This document shows positions 48,938 through 61,787 of a stretch of 64,000 nt of DNA, one piece after another. The position numbers and the translations under genes are program-made. Under the pieces are notes generated by a model. It did no database searches and had not been told where the DNA came from. It saw nothing but the letters and a program-made list of their open reading frames with translations. Within the stretch, counting starts at the first letter, position 1, and every line of letters starts with the position of its first letter. Source of the DNA: Raillietiella orientalis (taxonomy: Eukaryota); assembly GCA_036172245.1 (NCBI GenBank), contig JAYWIR010000027.1:1302001-1366000 (forward strand). The letters are read 5' to 3'.

Positions 48938-51404
48938 CCCATGCCGATCCACGAAACGCACACTTGCGGAACAAAGGCGGCAATTTCTTTCTTGCTCCAC
49001 GGCAGCTTTTTCACTTCCACCTCTTTCGTCCCTCCTGGCGGCAAGCGCATAGGCGTCCTGAAGGAAACCTGCCTCTCTTGGACTTCCCAATTCCCCACAG
49101 CCTCATCAGGAGAATCCCTTTCTCTCCGCCACCGCCGCCTCTCTCGAAAAGCGCAACCGGCACACCAGAACCCAGAAAAGATGCGATCTCGCTCTTCAGC
49201 ACCGCAGAATTTTTCACCGACGGCCGAGACCAGACGGTCGAATCGCTCTCTGGACCAGAGCGCCTCACGTGCCGAGGCCAAAGAAACATGGAGGGGGATC
49301 TTTGGAGCACGACGGAGAGTTCTCCTCTAGAGGGCATTTGCTCTCGAGTGGACCCACCTTGACGTCCAGAAGGAAAAATGGGAACGGTGGAAATGTGCCG
49401 AAGTCAGGGAGCGCGCCTTCTTCATGAGCTCGTCATGAAAAGGGGTTCTTGGAGAGGGAAGTCTCTTCCTCCTTCCTTTCTCCTCCTTCTCCTCCTCCCT
49501 TCGTCACCTTCCTCCTCTTCCTCCCTTCGTCTTCCTCCTGCCTTTGCCTTGCTCTTCCTCCTCTTCCCTTCCCTCGATTTGAAATTTGTTTGGCCTAACC
49601 TCACATAGCTCTGGAAGAAGAGGTGAGGATCCTGGAAAGCAAATATGGATCCCTTCCTTGCTCCCGCAGCTGCTGGCACTGCTGGTGCTTTTCGAGTTTC
49701 CCCTTGCCGCTGCAGGTGGAATTGTGGCTCGTGGAAGGCGCGGGCAGTACAGCGGCGCATCCACCATCATCGAATCCGCGAGCGACTCGGACTGCCGCGC
49801 TCAGGAGGCGGCCGTCGCCCACACATCCAGAGCGCAGAATGGGAGACTCCGCCGGTCGTCCGGAACCCGGGCGCTTCGCTAGCTGCCGGAGCTACAAACC
49901 AGGCTCAGGTCATCTATCTGGGCGCCGGAACCGTTTTCGTGGTGCGGTGCTCGAGGAGATGAGAGACATCTTCCTTCCCGTTCCGGAAGTCCCTCTCGTC
50001 ACCTGTCCGTCCGTTCGTCTGGCTCCCTGCCAGCCTGCTTGAGCCACCTACATCCACGCTCCCGCTTCCCTAACCATCCAGCTACCTGCCTGACTCGTCT
50101 ATCTTTATGAGTACCCACCTGTCCGTCCGTCCACACCCGCTCACCTCTGACTCTCCATCTCCGTCCATCCCGGTGCCCGTTGCTCCCGACGGAGAGAAGC
50201 CAGTTGCTACCCATCGCTGGGAGGAACGCAACGTCAGGTTTCGCGCGGCGAGGCGGCAGCCGAGGAAGCTGGAAGGATGCGCCAGACAAGCGAAACCGAT
50301 AAGCGCTTCCTGTCCGCATCTTCGCCGGAAGCGTTTCCGAACGCGCGACCGCGGAAGCACTCAGGAAGTTGCGGCGGCGGGCCCTTCCTGGAACCGGGGC
50401 GGCTGCGCCCGACGCGCCTGCAAAACGTGGGCTTTCCCGAACGAGGGCAAGGGCCTGTTCTTCTGGGATGCAGTTCCCTTCCCCATGAAGGGGGGAGGGG
50501 GGGACATTTGCGTGCGCACCTTCCTCCGGGCTCTTCTGTGCTGGAGGGGGGGGGATGTCCCTTTGAGAGACTCAGGATCGTGTGAGGCGGGAAAAAAGGC
50601 GGTTCGCGACTGGCGTTCGAGAGTGGGGAGGATGTGCCGGGCGAATTCGCCCCGCGTTTCGAGCCTGCGCACCTTCCGCTCGGCACCGGGAGGAGAGGTA
50701 AGTGGCAAGCCTGCTTCCTTGACCTGAGGCGCTGCTGGTGGTCTCCTTCTGGAGGCTTGACCACGTGGGTCCGCGCTCGTTCGTTCGTAGGGCGTCGTAG
50801 CCGGTGCGCCTAGTGTGTGTGTGAACCTGCCGTGATGGATGCCGGGTGACGCCCCATCACCCTGAATTTTTTTTTTCTTCTAAGGGAGGGGGGGGGGGAG
50901 GAATGCCTCTACGTCCACGATGAATCAACGGTAGAAAGTCGCTAGCCTCCCCCACACATACAGACGCACTCGCGCCAGCCTGCTTGCGCCACGTACATCG
51001 CGCGCACACACTCGTGCACCGCCACACCTCCCGCTCGCAGGATGCGACCAGCGGCTTCATTCCCTCAGACTCATCCGCTGCCTTGGAATCGGAAGGGGCG
51101 GGGGAGGGAGGGGGGAGAGCAAAAAAAAAAAAAGGAAAAAAAAATGCCGGCCTCTCCACACGCCGCCCCTCGGAAGCAAACGGGAACGCACGCCCTGCCT
51201 CAGCTCGGAAGAACGGTACGTCGATGGACAGGCGCATCAGCCTCCCTCTGACAGAGGGGACTCTCTCCCGGCATCCAGGGAACAGCCCTACCAAGGCCTC
51301 TCTTTGGAAACCTTCTGCAGATGCACCGCGCCTCGGGGGGAAACCGCGAGCGCATCCTTTCGGGCGGGTTCGACTCGAAATCTCGAGCGCCAGTAAAATA
51401 AATA

Positions 51405-52278
51405 CAGTGCACGCTCGATATGGTCACCTTTGATAAAAGGTGACCATATCCAAGGTGATTATACAGTGACCTTTGATAAAAGAAACTTCTGACGTAAGCA
51501 AGTCTGCATACAGTCAACATTTTAAGTTTTCTGTGATTCGATAAAAAAGGGACTTTTTTCAGCCGCCTCAAAGATGGGGAAAAAATGAGAGAAATGCATT
51601 AATTAATTAATTGAAATTCATTCCAAAGAGCGTTATTGGAAATACTTTTAAGCGTTTGCATTCTTCAGCTGAAGAAATTGAGTTGAATTTACCGATCGGC
51701 TACTCTTCCGATGAAGATGGCATGCCCATTGCAAGGCGATTCCATTCCATAGCCAGGGGGAAACTGTACCAAGTGACTCTGGGACTATGGGGTGGGCGGA
51801 AGGACAAAACGAATGACCTCATGTTCATGATCTGGACACCACCAGCAACGCTCCCATGGAGCACGCAGGAGAAAATTCAGATGAGAGGGACAACGTTCGA
51901 AAATTCGGTGTTGTTGACCACTCGTTTCCCTATGGAGAGGTCAGAAGGTGCCCCTTCCTGTTCGCCATGTTCTCCTCCTGAGAAGAATTCGGGAAAAAGC
52001 AATTTGCGAAGAAGTTGGAACAAAATCTCATATCGTATCGTCATCGTTTACCGCATCCACCATCATCATTTTTTTACTCCTCTAATGTTACTGAATTTGT
52101 TCACTCGATTATAAAAAAAATGCATGTCAGCAACTTGGTTTCTTTTATTCCATTATCCAAAATTATTATCATTATTTTTTCTATTTCGACCACCCATCTC
52201 GATAGAATCAACGACATTCCATAACAACATTTTTAGCATTTCCATTCCGGCAAAGGTGACCATGTCCAACGCGCACTG
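51405..52278 (+). mobile_element. Non-autonomous Tc1/mariner-superfamily (pogo/Tigger-like) DNA transposon, 874 bp
   Basis: TA|CAGTGCACGCTCGATATGGTCACCTTTG on the left and CAAAGGTGACCATGTCCAACGCGCACTG|TA on the right (28-bp TIR, 24/28 identical, TA duplication). Internal KFIPKSVIGNTFKR resembles the pogo/Tigger DDE C-terminal motif. Confidence 0.85.
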
Positions 52279-52289
52279 TACATGCGTCT

Positions 52290-53040
52290 GCTATGGATGC
52301 ATATGAATACATTACATTTATAAATAGATTCACGTACACATTTATTTTCACCTACACATTTTTTGACATTTATTAACACACGCATCATTAATATAATTCA
52401 TAATGTGCATTATCGAAGTAAAAAATATGTTTGTAGAAATATAGACATGTGGGTGCATATTATGTGCAGTATATGTGAAACGAATGTACAAACATCGAAT
52501 TATAAACGCGTGTGTATTTATCGCACGATAAAAATCCCGAAAACAGAATTCATCATTTTCCGGGAAAGTGTCATTCATTGGCTGTTGGGAAAAGGGAGGA
52601 AAACGGAAATACCAAATTTCTCTTTTTGTTTTTGTTTTTTTAATTCGTTTATTTGTTTGTTTTTTTCCCCGATATTTTTTATTACTACCATCGTTTTTTT
52701 TATTTTCCATCATTCTATATTTATGCATCCATTTAACGTATACATTTATTATATATATAAATAAATATATATATATATAACGAATACGTATTTATTTTTG
52801 TGTTCTTTAAGATATATATATATTAATGAATATACAAATACTAATATAATAAGCATGTTAATTATATGAACAATATGCATGTTAATAAATATATACGCTA
52901 AAAATGACATTCCTATTAATAATACATGTATGGATAGATTTTAATAAATATGCATGCTAAAGCAAATTTATACATTTATCTCTACATAAATATATGCATT
53001 TACACACATAATAAGCGTGTCTATTTACTTTTTGTAATCT
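52290..53040. repeat. AT-rich low-complexity tract
   Basis: (TA)n, poly-T and ATGY-like repeats. Confidence 0.8.
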
Positions 53041-54616
53041 TTCGGGATTTCGGCATTGGGGATTTCGACCGTCGCAGTTCTCGGCTTCAGATTAGCTCCG
53101 ATTTGGACGCAACAAGCACCAAATAGAAGGAAATCTTCGGATGCATCTTCGCAGGTGCTTCTTCTTGCAGGGCGAGTTGCCCTTCCGAACGTGCGGAGAG
53201 AGTTGAGTGGTCCTCAGCATGGAAGGCAACCGACGCGCAAACCGAAGAGCTGCTGACCACGCGACGAAGTGCGTGTTTGACCGGCTTCGTTGCCCGGGTG
53301 GCACGCGGAGGGAATTCGGACTCGTATTAGGATGGGAACAGGATGGTAGGCAAGGCTGGCGGCTATGGCTGTTGGGGCTGCGCAGTCCCACAGTCCGTCC
53401 TCGCTGCAGAAGACTTCCTGGACCATCCTGGACAGCTGCCTGCTCCTTCGACGGCCCCCCCCTGACACTTTCAGAAAGGCTCGAGGAAGGAAGGAGACCA
53501 TCGCAAAGACCTCACTGTCTCTCTGTCCACTGTAAACGTCCAGGTGACCACCAGAGCCGTGGAGTCGAGGAATTTCTAAAATGAAGAGGTTCTGTGAGAG
53601 CTGAATATTCCGACGCTGCACCTCGACAAAATGTGGCTGCCCCTAACGACCAACATAGCCACTGGCTGGACCCATAGGCTGGGACATTAAGGAATCATCC
53701 ACAACATCGACGTCCAAGAACTTTTACCAACTGATTTGGATGGGGATGGATGATTTTTGGGTTTACAGTGTTATACGAGGACCGTCTTCATTTTTTTTTC
53801 TCCGCATTATACGAATCCGCATTGCACTTTTTTTTTAAAATGCAGTCTCTCCGTTTGCTCGATGAGCAGAGCCGCGCGCGTGCGACCTTACCCTGCGGTG
53901 CACTTTGCCTCTGACAACGGCAACGCAAGGCTTCTTCAGCCGAAAACGGGACAGCACGCTTTTTCGACGCCTTCCCGAAAACCGTGCGGAGCGTGAAACA
54001 CCCGCGGCCTGGGAAGGGAGCCGGCTGGCTCTCTTCCCTGTCGCTGGTGGCCCAAGGCCGGGTGGTGAGCGCACTGCCCTGAAGCCACGCAACGCTTCGG
54101 CTCCAGTTGCCACTTCCGTCGGCCCCCCTCCCGAGCCTCACCGGCGACGACTCTGCGACCGTCGCGCGCGCGTCACTTCCAGAGTCCACGCGATTTTGTT
54201 CCCTGCTATGCCGTTCGTCGTAGGCGGCAATGCCAGTCGCGGCAGCTGGGTACGCCCGTTCGATGCGCGTGTGCGCGGCGGGGAGATCACTCTCCGACGC
54301 TCGGCAACGCAAATCCATGGGAGAGGTGGGGGGGGGGAGGTGGTCGAAGCTTCCGTGGGCGCCAAAGGAGCCGAGAATCGAGGGACGCGACGGATGCCTC
54401 TCCCTGTGGGAAACCCCAGGGAGGGGGACCATTCCGAGCTCGAAAGGCGCCATCCCGAGCGACGGCTCCTCTCCGGACCCCGGAACAAGCGATCCCGAAC
54501 CTTTCTGAGAGCTATTCCGATCCAGGGGACCTCCACCTCTCAACTTTGCTTTGACATGCATCCGGGAGAATGAGTTCCGTCGAGGGCGTGCGCGCGCGCG
54601 CGCGCGTTTCCAGGGG

Positions 54617-54630
54617 GTTGCCATGGAAAC
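54617..54630. promoter_or_regulatory. Canonical RFX X-box (GTTGCCATGGAAAC) next to a (CG)8 run at 54591-54606
   Basis: Matches the RFX consensus; function untested. Confidence 0.4.
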
Positions 54631-56089
54631 GTGCCTTTTCGAAAACGAAGGTGCGTCGATGTTACTGCAGCGGGAGATGGGTGTTTGCCTAACGAGCCAT
54701 TCATTAGCTGAAACGGCGCAGAGGAACCCAGCTCGGTTCCTCCGCCTAGAAAGGAAGGTCGATTACATAAATATTTATCTGCTGCGTTCCGTGTCCCGTG
54801 TTTATCCCCCACGAAGAGCTTTCGAAACCGTGGCACGAAGGAATCCATTAAAACGTGGCGCCTGCCCGCGTCTGGAAGAAGCGCACGGGACCGAGGATCT
54901 GGGAGGACGGGCACCGCCCGCCTCCCCTGTCCGGCGCCGCCCGTGCCGGCGTCGCCGAAAGTCGCGGTGGACTCGCGGCTGAGAAGAGCGCGCGGCCCGC
55001 AGGCCGACTGGACGCACAGAGAAACCTGCGGACCGTCTCGAAAGAGCGGCGTGAGGAACCGACGAAGAGAATCCTTCGACGTCAGGCCGGCTGCCGCGCT
55101 CATTTCGTCCTCCTTCGCCTCTCCCGTCCGTCCTTGCCCCCAGAGCCCGTTTTCTTCTCCAAGGGACGATGGAAGCGGATTTTCCGGGCATTCCACCAGG
55201 AGCAAACACGGGCGGGCCCCCGCTGTGACTCGGACTCGGAATGGCGCGACGGGAAAATGGCGACGGCCCTACCCTCGTACAACGCGGGGTGAATCGGTGG
55301 GGTTGCGCGCAAGAAAGGGTGCGACGCGGCGAAAACATGGCGACAGCCCTCGTATAAGGCGGTCCCGTACGGACGAATTCTCTCCGATTTGCAGCGCAGC
55401 GTCGTCGGTTCATCTGCTTCTGCACAGAACACAGACGCGTCATTCGAGGGCACGTTGGATGCTGCTCGAATCTTCGCAAGACGAAAACGGCTCGAGGAGA
55501 TGCGCTCTTCAGCCAGGAGGACGGCACAGCTGAAACGACAAAGAGGCTCCAATCCATACAAGGGCAGCAAAACTGTACAAGAGTTTTTTTTTTTTTTTCA
55601 TTTAAATTCAAAGAATAAAAAAGATTTAATTTTTTTGCTTTTTGTTCAACATTCTACATGGGTTAACATCAGCCACGTCTAATCAATCTGTAGGGCTCTT
55701 ATAACGCGGAACATTACCCCCTGTGTTTTTCTATTTGTTTCCCTTTCCGCGTGATGGGGTGAGACGGGGTGGGTGAGGTTCCCTCCCTTGAGGAATGACC
55801 GCTGACAAGGAACGGTGCCTCTCCGCGGAACCCATCCGATTTGATGCAACCGCTTGCTCGAGCCTTATCAGTCGCTGCGAGCTGCACGTCCTCCGGTAGG
55901 CTCCGCAGCCCGCTGCCAAGGGTGGCTGCCCGTCCACCTGTTGGTTTTCTGGAAATCAGGAACGCAGCACAAACTGTCCAAGTTCCAGTAATGCGGTTAA
56001 TCACGGCTGCCATTTCCGAAGCCGAAATACGACGCTCTGGCTGACGTCGATCACCATGGGGTCGGTGCTGACAACCGCATAGGTGACCA

Positions 56090-56210
56090 CGTCCTGCTTG
56101 CTCGCGAGAGAGAGTTGGGGATTTTTCCCCTACTCGAGAGCACCTCGTCTGACGTTTTCTTGCAGACGTCAAGCGGAACCTTTCAGCAGAGTTCTCCTCG
56201 GAATTTAAAT
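56090..56210 (-). mobile_element. Possible non-LTR ORF1 relic, homologous to 17560-17700
   Basis: Peptide similarity on both strands (VFLQTSSGTFQQSSPR versus VLLQTASGTFTSWSPR on the antisense strand). Confidence 0.3.
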
Positions 56211-57744
56211 AATCCGCGAGGTCTTGCGGTAAATTCGCTCATCGGGGGCGCCCCTTCGTATGTCGCTCACTTAGAGCTGCGAGAAAGGAGGGGAGAGGGG
56301 GGGGAGGGGATTCGAAATTTCTCGCCGGCATAAAAGAACAGGAAGGCAGGAAAAATTCGAGCGTTTTTATTGATTGCAGATCGCGGTTCCATCAATTTCT
56401 CTTTTCATCTGTGTTCAGACAGATGGCTCGACCAGGCGCCAGTGAGTGGCACTTTCGAGAAAAATCCCCTCGAAAGAAAAGCCTGCCATCTGGGGTCCTG
56501 CCTTCAAGATGGAAACCGTAATGGAACCACACGGACTGCAATCACAGTGGAATAAATTACAAAACGTAAACGCTCATCCCATTTATCAGCGTGCGCATGA
56601 GAAAGGAAAATTCCTTCCGCATGAACCCGTGGTGTGACGCAGAAGTATACGGGCCACGAAATCCCCCGGATGCGACCGGTGGTATTTGTCCACCGATCCA
56701 AAGATTGCCTTTCCTGAAAAGTGGAGCGATTTTTCGTTTTCCGGTTGTCCTGCTGGCTTCCAATCAAGGTTCAACGATTCCCCCCATCGACGCCGGCCGC
56801 TGAGAAATGCGCCATCCCATCTGTTTACAAACACGTATGGTGCTGCGCAGCCACGACTCTTAGCCACGTCGACACACTCGCCAAAGTCCAAGGCAAAACG
56901 CTGCAGTGTTGCCAAGCTGGAAGGAACGATTCAAAGTTTCTCAAAAGCCTTGGCAGTTTTGACGTGACCTTCCACTACACGACTACAAAAAAAAAAAAAA
57001 AAAAGAAAGGAAAGAAAGAAAACCGACAGAGATGGCGGTTTCGTTTGAGAAGCACAGGATGTTGCCGCTGTTGGCTGTGGATGCAACCTATCCGAGTTCG
57101 CATCTTGGAATTTAGCCGTTTATATTCTGCCACCGTTCCCAGAGGTATTATCGATGTTACCACCTCACGGCTCTTTCGCCCTCACACAAGATTGTTATTT
57201 GGTTGGGAGCCTCGTACACATCAGGCTTACCACCCCTCCCACTCCTATTCTGAACAGCCCCACTACCTTATAAAAAAGCATTGATTTCGCGGATGGCAAA
57301 TCAGTAGGGCTCCTTTTTGATATACCCGCTCCGTCCTCAAGAAAAGGAATGCTCCCTTCTTACCCAACACAGTGGATTCCTTCCGTAATTAATCCTTGAT
57401 GAATAAATTTTGGATCTCGATGAATTAATTCCCTGTCACCATGGCAACCTCCACGCCACGTAACAAAAGAGAAACCCAACCAACTAAAAACCCCTCCCTC
57501 CTCCTCCCCAACACACGTGCACCAGCTTATCGCAACGAAATCTATGGAATCGTCGTCGTCACCACGAAACTGCTTTAAATAAACTCTCGTGGAGTTTATT
57601 TTGAATCCCATCAACGAGCCTCCGCCTCTAACCAATCTAAGAGTCGCTCTCCAAGAAACAATGAACCCGCGCTGCAATGAAAATAAGTCAACCACAGCCG
57701 GAGCGGTCACCGTCACGATCTGTCAGAGGGCATGTGCCTGTCCC

Positions 57745-58025
57745 ACTCCACCCGGGGGTGCGTGTTCACTCTTCCAAGTTAGGGGGCAACCCCGGCAGCG
57801 GACCAACCGACGAATCCCGGAAGGCTACAGAGGAAGGAATCCCTTCCTCTTACGCTTGCGAGGGAACTCCTTACTGATTCTCTCCGGAGGGATCCCCTGG
57901 AGGGGGCCACTCCACTGTTTCTTCTCCGAAGGGACCCGGAAAGGATCCGCTCCTTGTTACTCCTCTGAAGAGAACCCCGAAGGGACGCTTCCCAATTTCT
58001 CTTGGGGGTCGCCCCCCCTAAGATG
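57745..58025 (+). repeat. Unclassified interspersed repeat, copy 3 of 3 (partial)
   Basis: Aligns with 7420-7710. Confidence 0.8.
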
Positions 58026-58235
58026 TGCCCGAAGAATCGAAGGATGGTGTTCGATTGTTTGTCGGACGTGGGTTCGATGCTGAACACCCGCGAGCCAGCG
58101 CGTCTGTAGCGACGGCTCACGTTACTGATGCTCTTCCTCGGGACGGACGGACGGACGGAAGACACCATCGAGGCGAAGGATTTTTCGTGCGAGATGAGCC
58201 CCGCCTACCCGCAGCCCCTACCACTCGTCACCGGG

Positions 58236-58512
58236 TTGACAGTCGGTTGCACTAGGGCGTTTATTTATGTAAAAATAAGCATACAGGTCAGTGGCAGGAC
58301 GCTTGGTCCAACCACGTTACGAACTTAAACCATAACAACCTGCCGAGAGCCGGCACGCAGGACGGCGAGCTTCGCCACGGCAGCAGAGAAGGGGAAAGAA
58401 CATAAAAAGAAAAATAAAACAATTGAGAGGTTACGGGAAGGGATCATCGGGTGCTGGGGAGTGTCCTCTGCATTCTTTGCAAGATGCCGGCAGGTTCCTG
58501 TTCCAAGATTCC
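58236..58512 (-). mobile_element. 277-bp 5'-truncated Tx1-like copy E with a perfect 16-bp target-site duplication
   Basis: ACCACTCGTCACCGGG at 58220-58235 and 58513-58528; the insert is the ORF2 end plus the conserved 3' UTR. Confidence 0.92.
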
Positions 58513-60364
58513 ACCACTCGTCACCGGGGGTTTTTTCGTTCCGCCACGGAGTCAAGTCGGCTTCAGGGAAGAGGAGTCGGGGATCCACGCGACACGAAAG
58601 CGAGTAAAGCTGGTGGTGCGGATATAGGGAGAAGCAGCTACGGGACCCTGGGGTACGAAGAGCCTCCGCCGTACTGCATCCGTCTCGCCTTGCATGTTCA
58701 AGGAGCTCCAGGTGAGGAGGGAGATTCGATCTGCCTCAGGGAACGAGCAGACGTAGACGGCAGCTCCGCACATGGCCGGCCGACGCGGGACCGTAGGGCG
58801 ATTCAGGAAGGGGCTCACTGAGAGCGGGGTGTGGAGATGGGCTGACGGTGCGTTCTGTCGTCAGCTCTGGTGTGGCGGAAGGTTTGGGCGGACGAGTGCG
58901 TGGAGCAGGTCTAAACTCTCGCAGGAGAGGAAACTCCGCCCGTTCGTCCTCGTTCGAAGCCGTGCCTTGCGCAGGCTCTGGAAGCGGACCGCCCGGCCCT
59001 CTGATCGAGCACGTGGGAGGAGAGGGGGCAACGAAGGGATAACGCGAGGGCCGCCGTTTTGCATTGGATGGCGCCGGATGACCGTGTGGTCGGAACACAT
59101 CGCCGGCAGTGGCAGCACCTCACCTGCGCCGATGCTGCCCGACGCAGGACCTCGAGTCATGCCAGGCCCTTCCTCACTCTGAAATTTTATTCATTAACTT
59201 GAAATAGATAGCCCAGTAAGCAGGGATGAGATCACCCCGGAGCATCGAGTTACCAAGCATATTAGGAACCGAGTTCCTACTAGACCCACTGTGTGTGTGT
59301 AGGGGGGGCTATTGTCTGACGCACACTTGGTCTAGAGGAAGGAGTCTTCAGTAGTCAGGGAGACAGAACGGTAAACACACAAAAAAATGAATCACAAGTG
59401 ACTGCCAGCGGGAATAAGGGCTGGGTTGCGAAAGCGGTTCCAATTTCGGGCGACATCCATTATCCAGGACCAAACCAAGCTCTCGCGTTGGAGTGCAGGT
59501 CACGGAAGGTGGGACAGGGAAGAAAGCAATAGGCAAACCTTGAGGGGTGGTCAAGCGCCCTGGTGGTGCAGCCCGGGACCTGCCTGCGTGATGGCAGTGT
59601 CCCTCGGGAGCGTGCCGCAGCCCATCACGGAGGAGGTGACGAGCGCAAAGACGAAGGACAAAAAGCCCGGGATCTCGAAGCAGCTGGCAGCTGGCGTCCC
59701 GGTGCCAGCGAACGGAGGAGGGCAACGTTTCTAGGGGAACGCCGGGAATCTCTCCGACGAGCGAAACCAGAGGAAAAAGGTCTTCTTCCTTTGGGTCCTC
59801 GTCGGAGATTCCTCGTCTGGTGGGGTAATTGCTGCCCCGGAGCGGAATAGGAAACCAAGGAAGGTTCCACGGACCAAACTCGGCGAGGACCGAAAAATCG
59901 AAAGCTGGACGGGTGAGGACCTTCCAAAGGAACTATCGAGAGCTTTGGCCCCTTACCTCCGAGCCGACCCCGTTTGCATGGGTCCGAAGGCAGCTGAAGA
60001 CTCCCAACACAGATGCCATCATGTGCTGTGCCCGCGGGTCAGTCTAATGAAGGTCCCAATCCTCACGCGGGAAATCAAACTGATGAGTTGGTGGAAAATG
60101 CATTCGTCTCGAGATGTCGCCCAAAGAGGTGCGGCGTGTCGTTGCCCGTGGTACCGAAACACTGGACACGAGAGTTCTTCCGAATCGCTTGTCGGTTTCT
60201 TTGGCATCGTTCAAGTATGACGGAAAGACTCGGGTGACGACCGTTGTTGCCCCGCACCTGGATGGTGGGAGTTTTCGCCTACACGCACACCGACGGCGAT
60301 CGACTCCTTGCTCATCGGAAAGAAGGTGGTGTTCGGGCGGCCCCGGAAACTTTTGGAAAACTCG

Positions 60365-60983
60365 GACGTGCTCTTCGGCTTGCCGCACCGCCGCAGAGTT
60401 CTCTTCCGCACCTCCCGCATCCGCAGCGGACCACGGTGCTCCCGTCGTCGCCAACGCGTCGCAGACTGACGCGCTTCCTGCGCGCCAGCGCCACCAATGC
60501 GCCGCCGACCCTTTCTTCGGAAGACACGTGCCGAGCGCGTCGGCCGGCCTCCTTACGTCATTCTCATTAACCAGTAATTGAGGCAAGCCTTTGGCTGGTA
60601 CTTTCCCGCGGACTCGGCCCCTCCAGCATGGCGGCGATCGCTGCCCCCTCTCCCCGCTCGAACAGCTTCCTACGGAACATCTAGAAGAGTTGCTACCCGA
60701 CTAAAAGCTTGCAATGGCGCCGCACCGGCAGCGTGTGCAATGTTTCGTACCCGCCACATGCGAGTCCTTCGCTGACCATGCACCGCCAACCGACAGGTCG
60801 ATGTTTGTCGTCCCATAAATAACGGGATGCTACAAAAGATACTCGTTATCAAGATGCTCAAGAGAGTAGTGGTTATCCGCAAAAATCGAAGCATACGGGG
60901 CAAATTGCCGTCATCAGCATAAATGGCCATCTACAAACATATCTGTACGTGTGCACTTATTTGTAAATGCTTGCTTACACAGG
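60365..60983. repeat. Second copy of the 20385-21002 segment
   Basis: Near-identical direct repeat. Confidence 0.95.
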
Positions 60984-61169
60984 GAAATACATACGTATAC
61001 GTTTGCGTGCACGCATAATTTTTGTGATTACCTGATATTCCGATGAGGAGAGGTGCCACGGTAGGGAGTAGCTGTGAAAATCCTCGCTGCGATTACGAAT
61101 GTGCTCTGTACTTAAAATTTAGATCACTTTAAGGAGAATACGGTGTGTAATTTAGAATCGTATCTCATG

Positions 61170-61720
61170 AACCCATTCCTCGATTTTTGTCATTCGCCCT
61201 TATGGGACTTGCTTCGAGGGCCAAACAGCTCTCATCCGACGAGTGGTGCGCTCTATCCCAGCGTTGGGCAGCCCCTTTTTCGCAACGGGTCGCAGGTTGC
61301 CCGTCGCTGATTTGGTCATCATCGGAAAAACACACCGTCATCGGTTTCGCGATTGCATTCCGCGGTGTTTGATTTCCTTCCAGTGCACTGGCTCTGCCGG
61401 AAACGACGGCGAGGCAATCTTCCGCCATGGCTCGCTCACAGGTTTGCTTCTTTCTTTCTTCAAAAACGCCCTTCCTAGGAAATCAAAGTCGCGAGCACCC
61501 CCTTCCGTCCGCTGATGCTTTCCTTAAAGGGGCCTCGTCCTCTTTCGAGAAGCGAGACGCCATGTTGAGCCACGTTGGTTTCAGCATGTTTACCAGTTGC
61601 GAGGATGGCGCGATGTCGCACCAGCGTCTTGTTGCGGTGGAATGCTCTTTCATAGACAATGGCTCTTCTGCCTGTTTGCATACGAAAGAGGAAGTGGGCA
61701 AAAACTGTTTTCGAAAGACA
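61170..61720 (-). mobile_element. Decayed non-LTR RT relic
   Basis: AEEPLSMKE..AP, MLKPTWLNM and CEKGAAQ resemble L1 RT motifs (EPLSLEEL, L-P-LL-M, RGVRQG) in the expected order. Confidence 0.35.
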
Positions 61721-61749
61721 AGAAATCTGAAGGTCTTCCGGCAGCAAGA

Positions 61750-61787
61750 CGTACCAACGCGAAACGCGCGCGTTTCGCGTTGGTACG
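61750..61787. repeat. Perfect 38-bp palindrome with no spacer
   Basis: cgtaccaacgcgaaacgcg|cgcgtttcgcgttggtacg. Confidence 0.95.
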
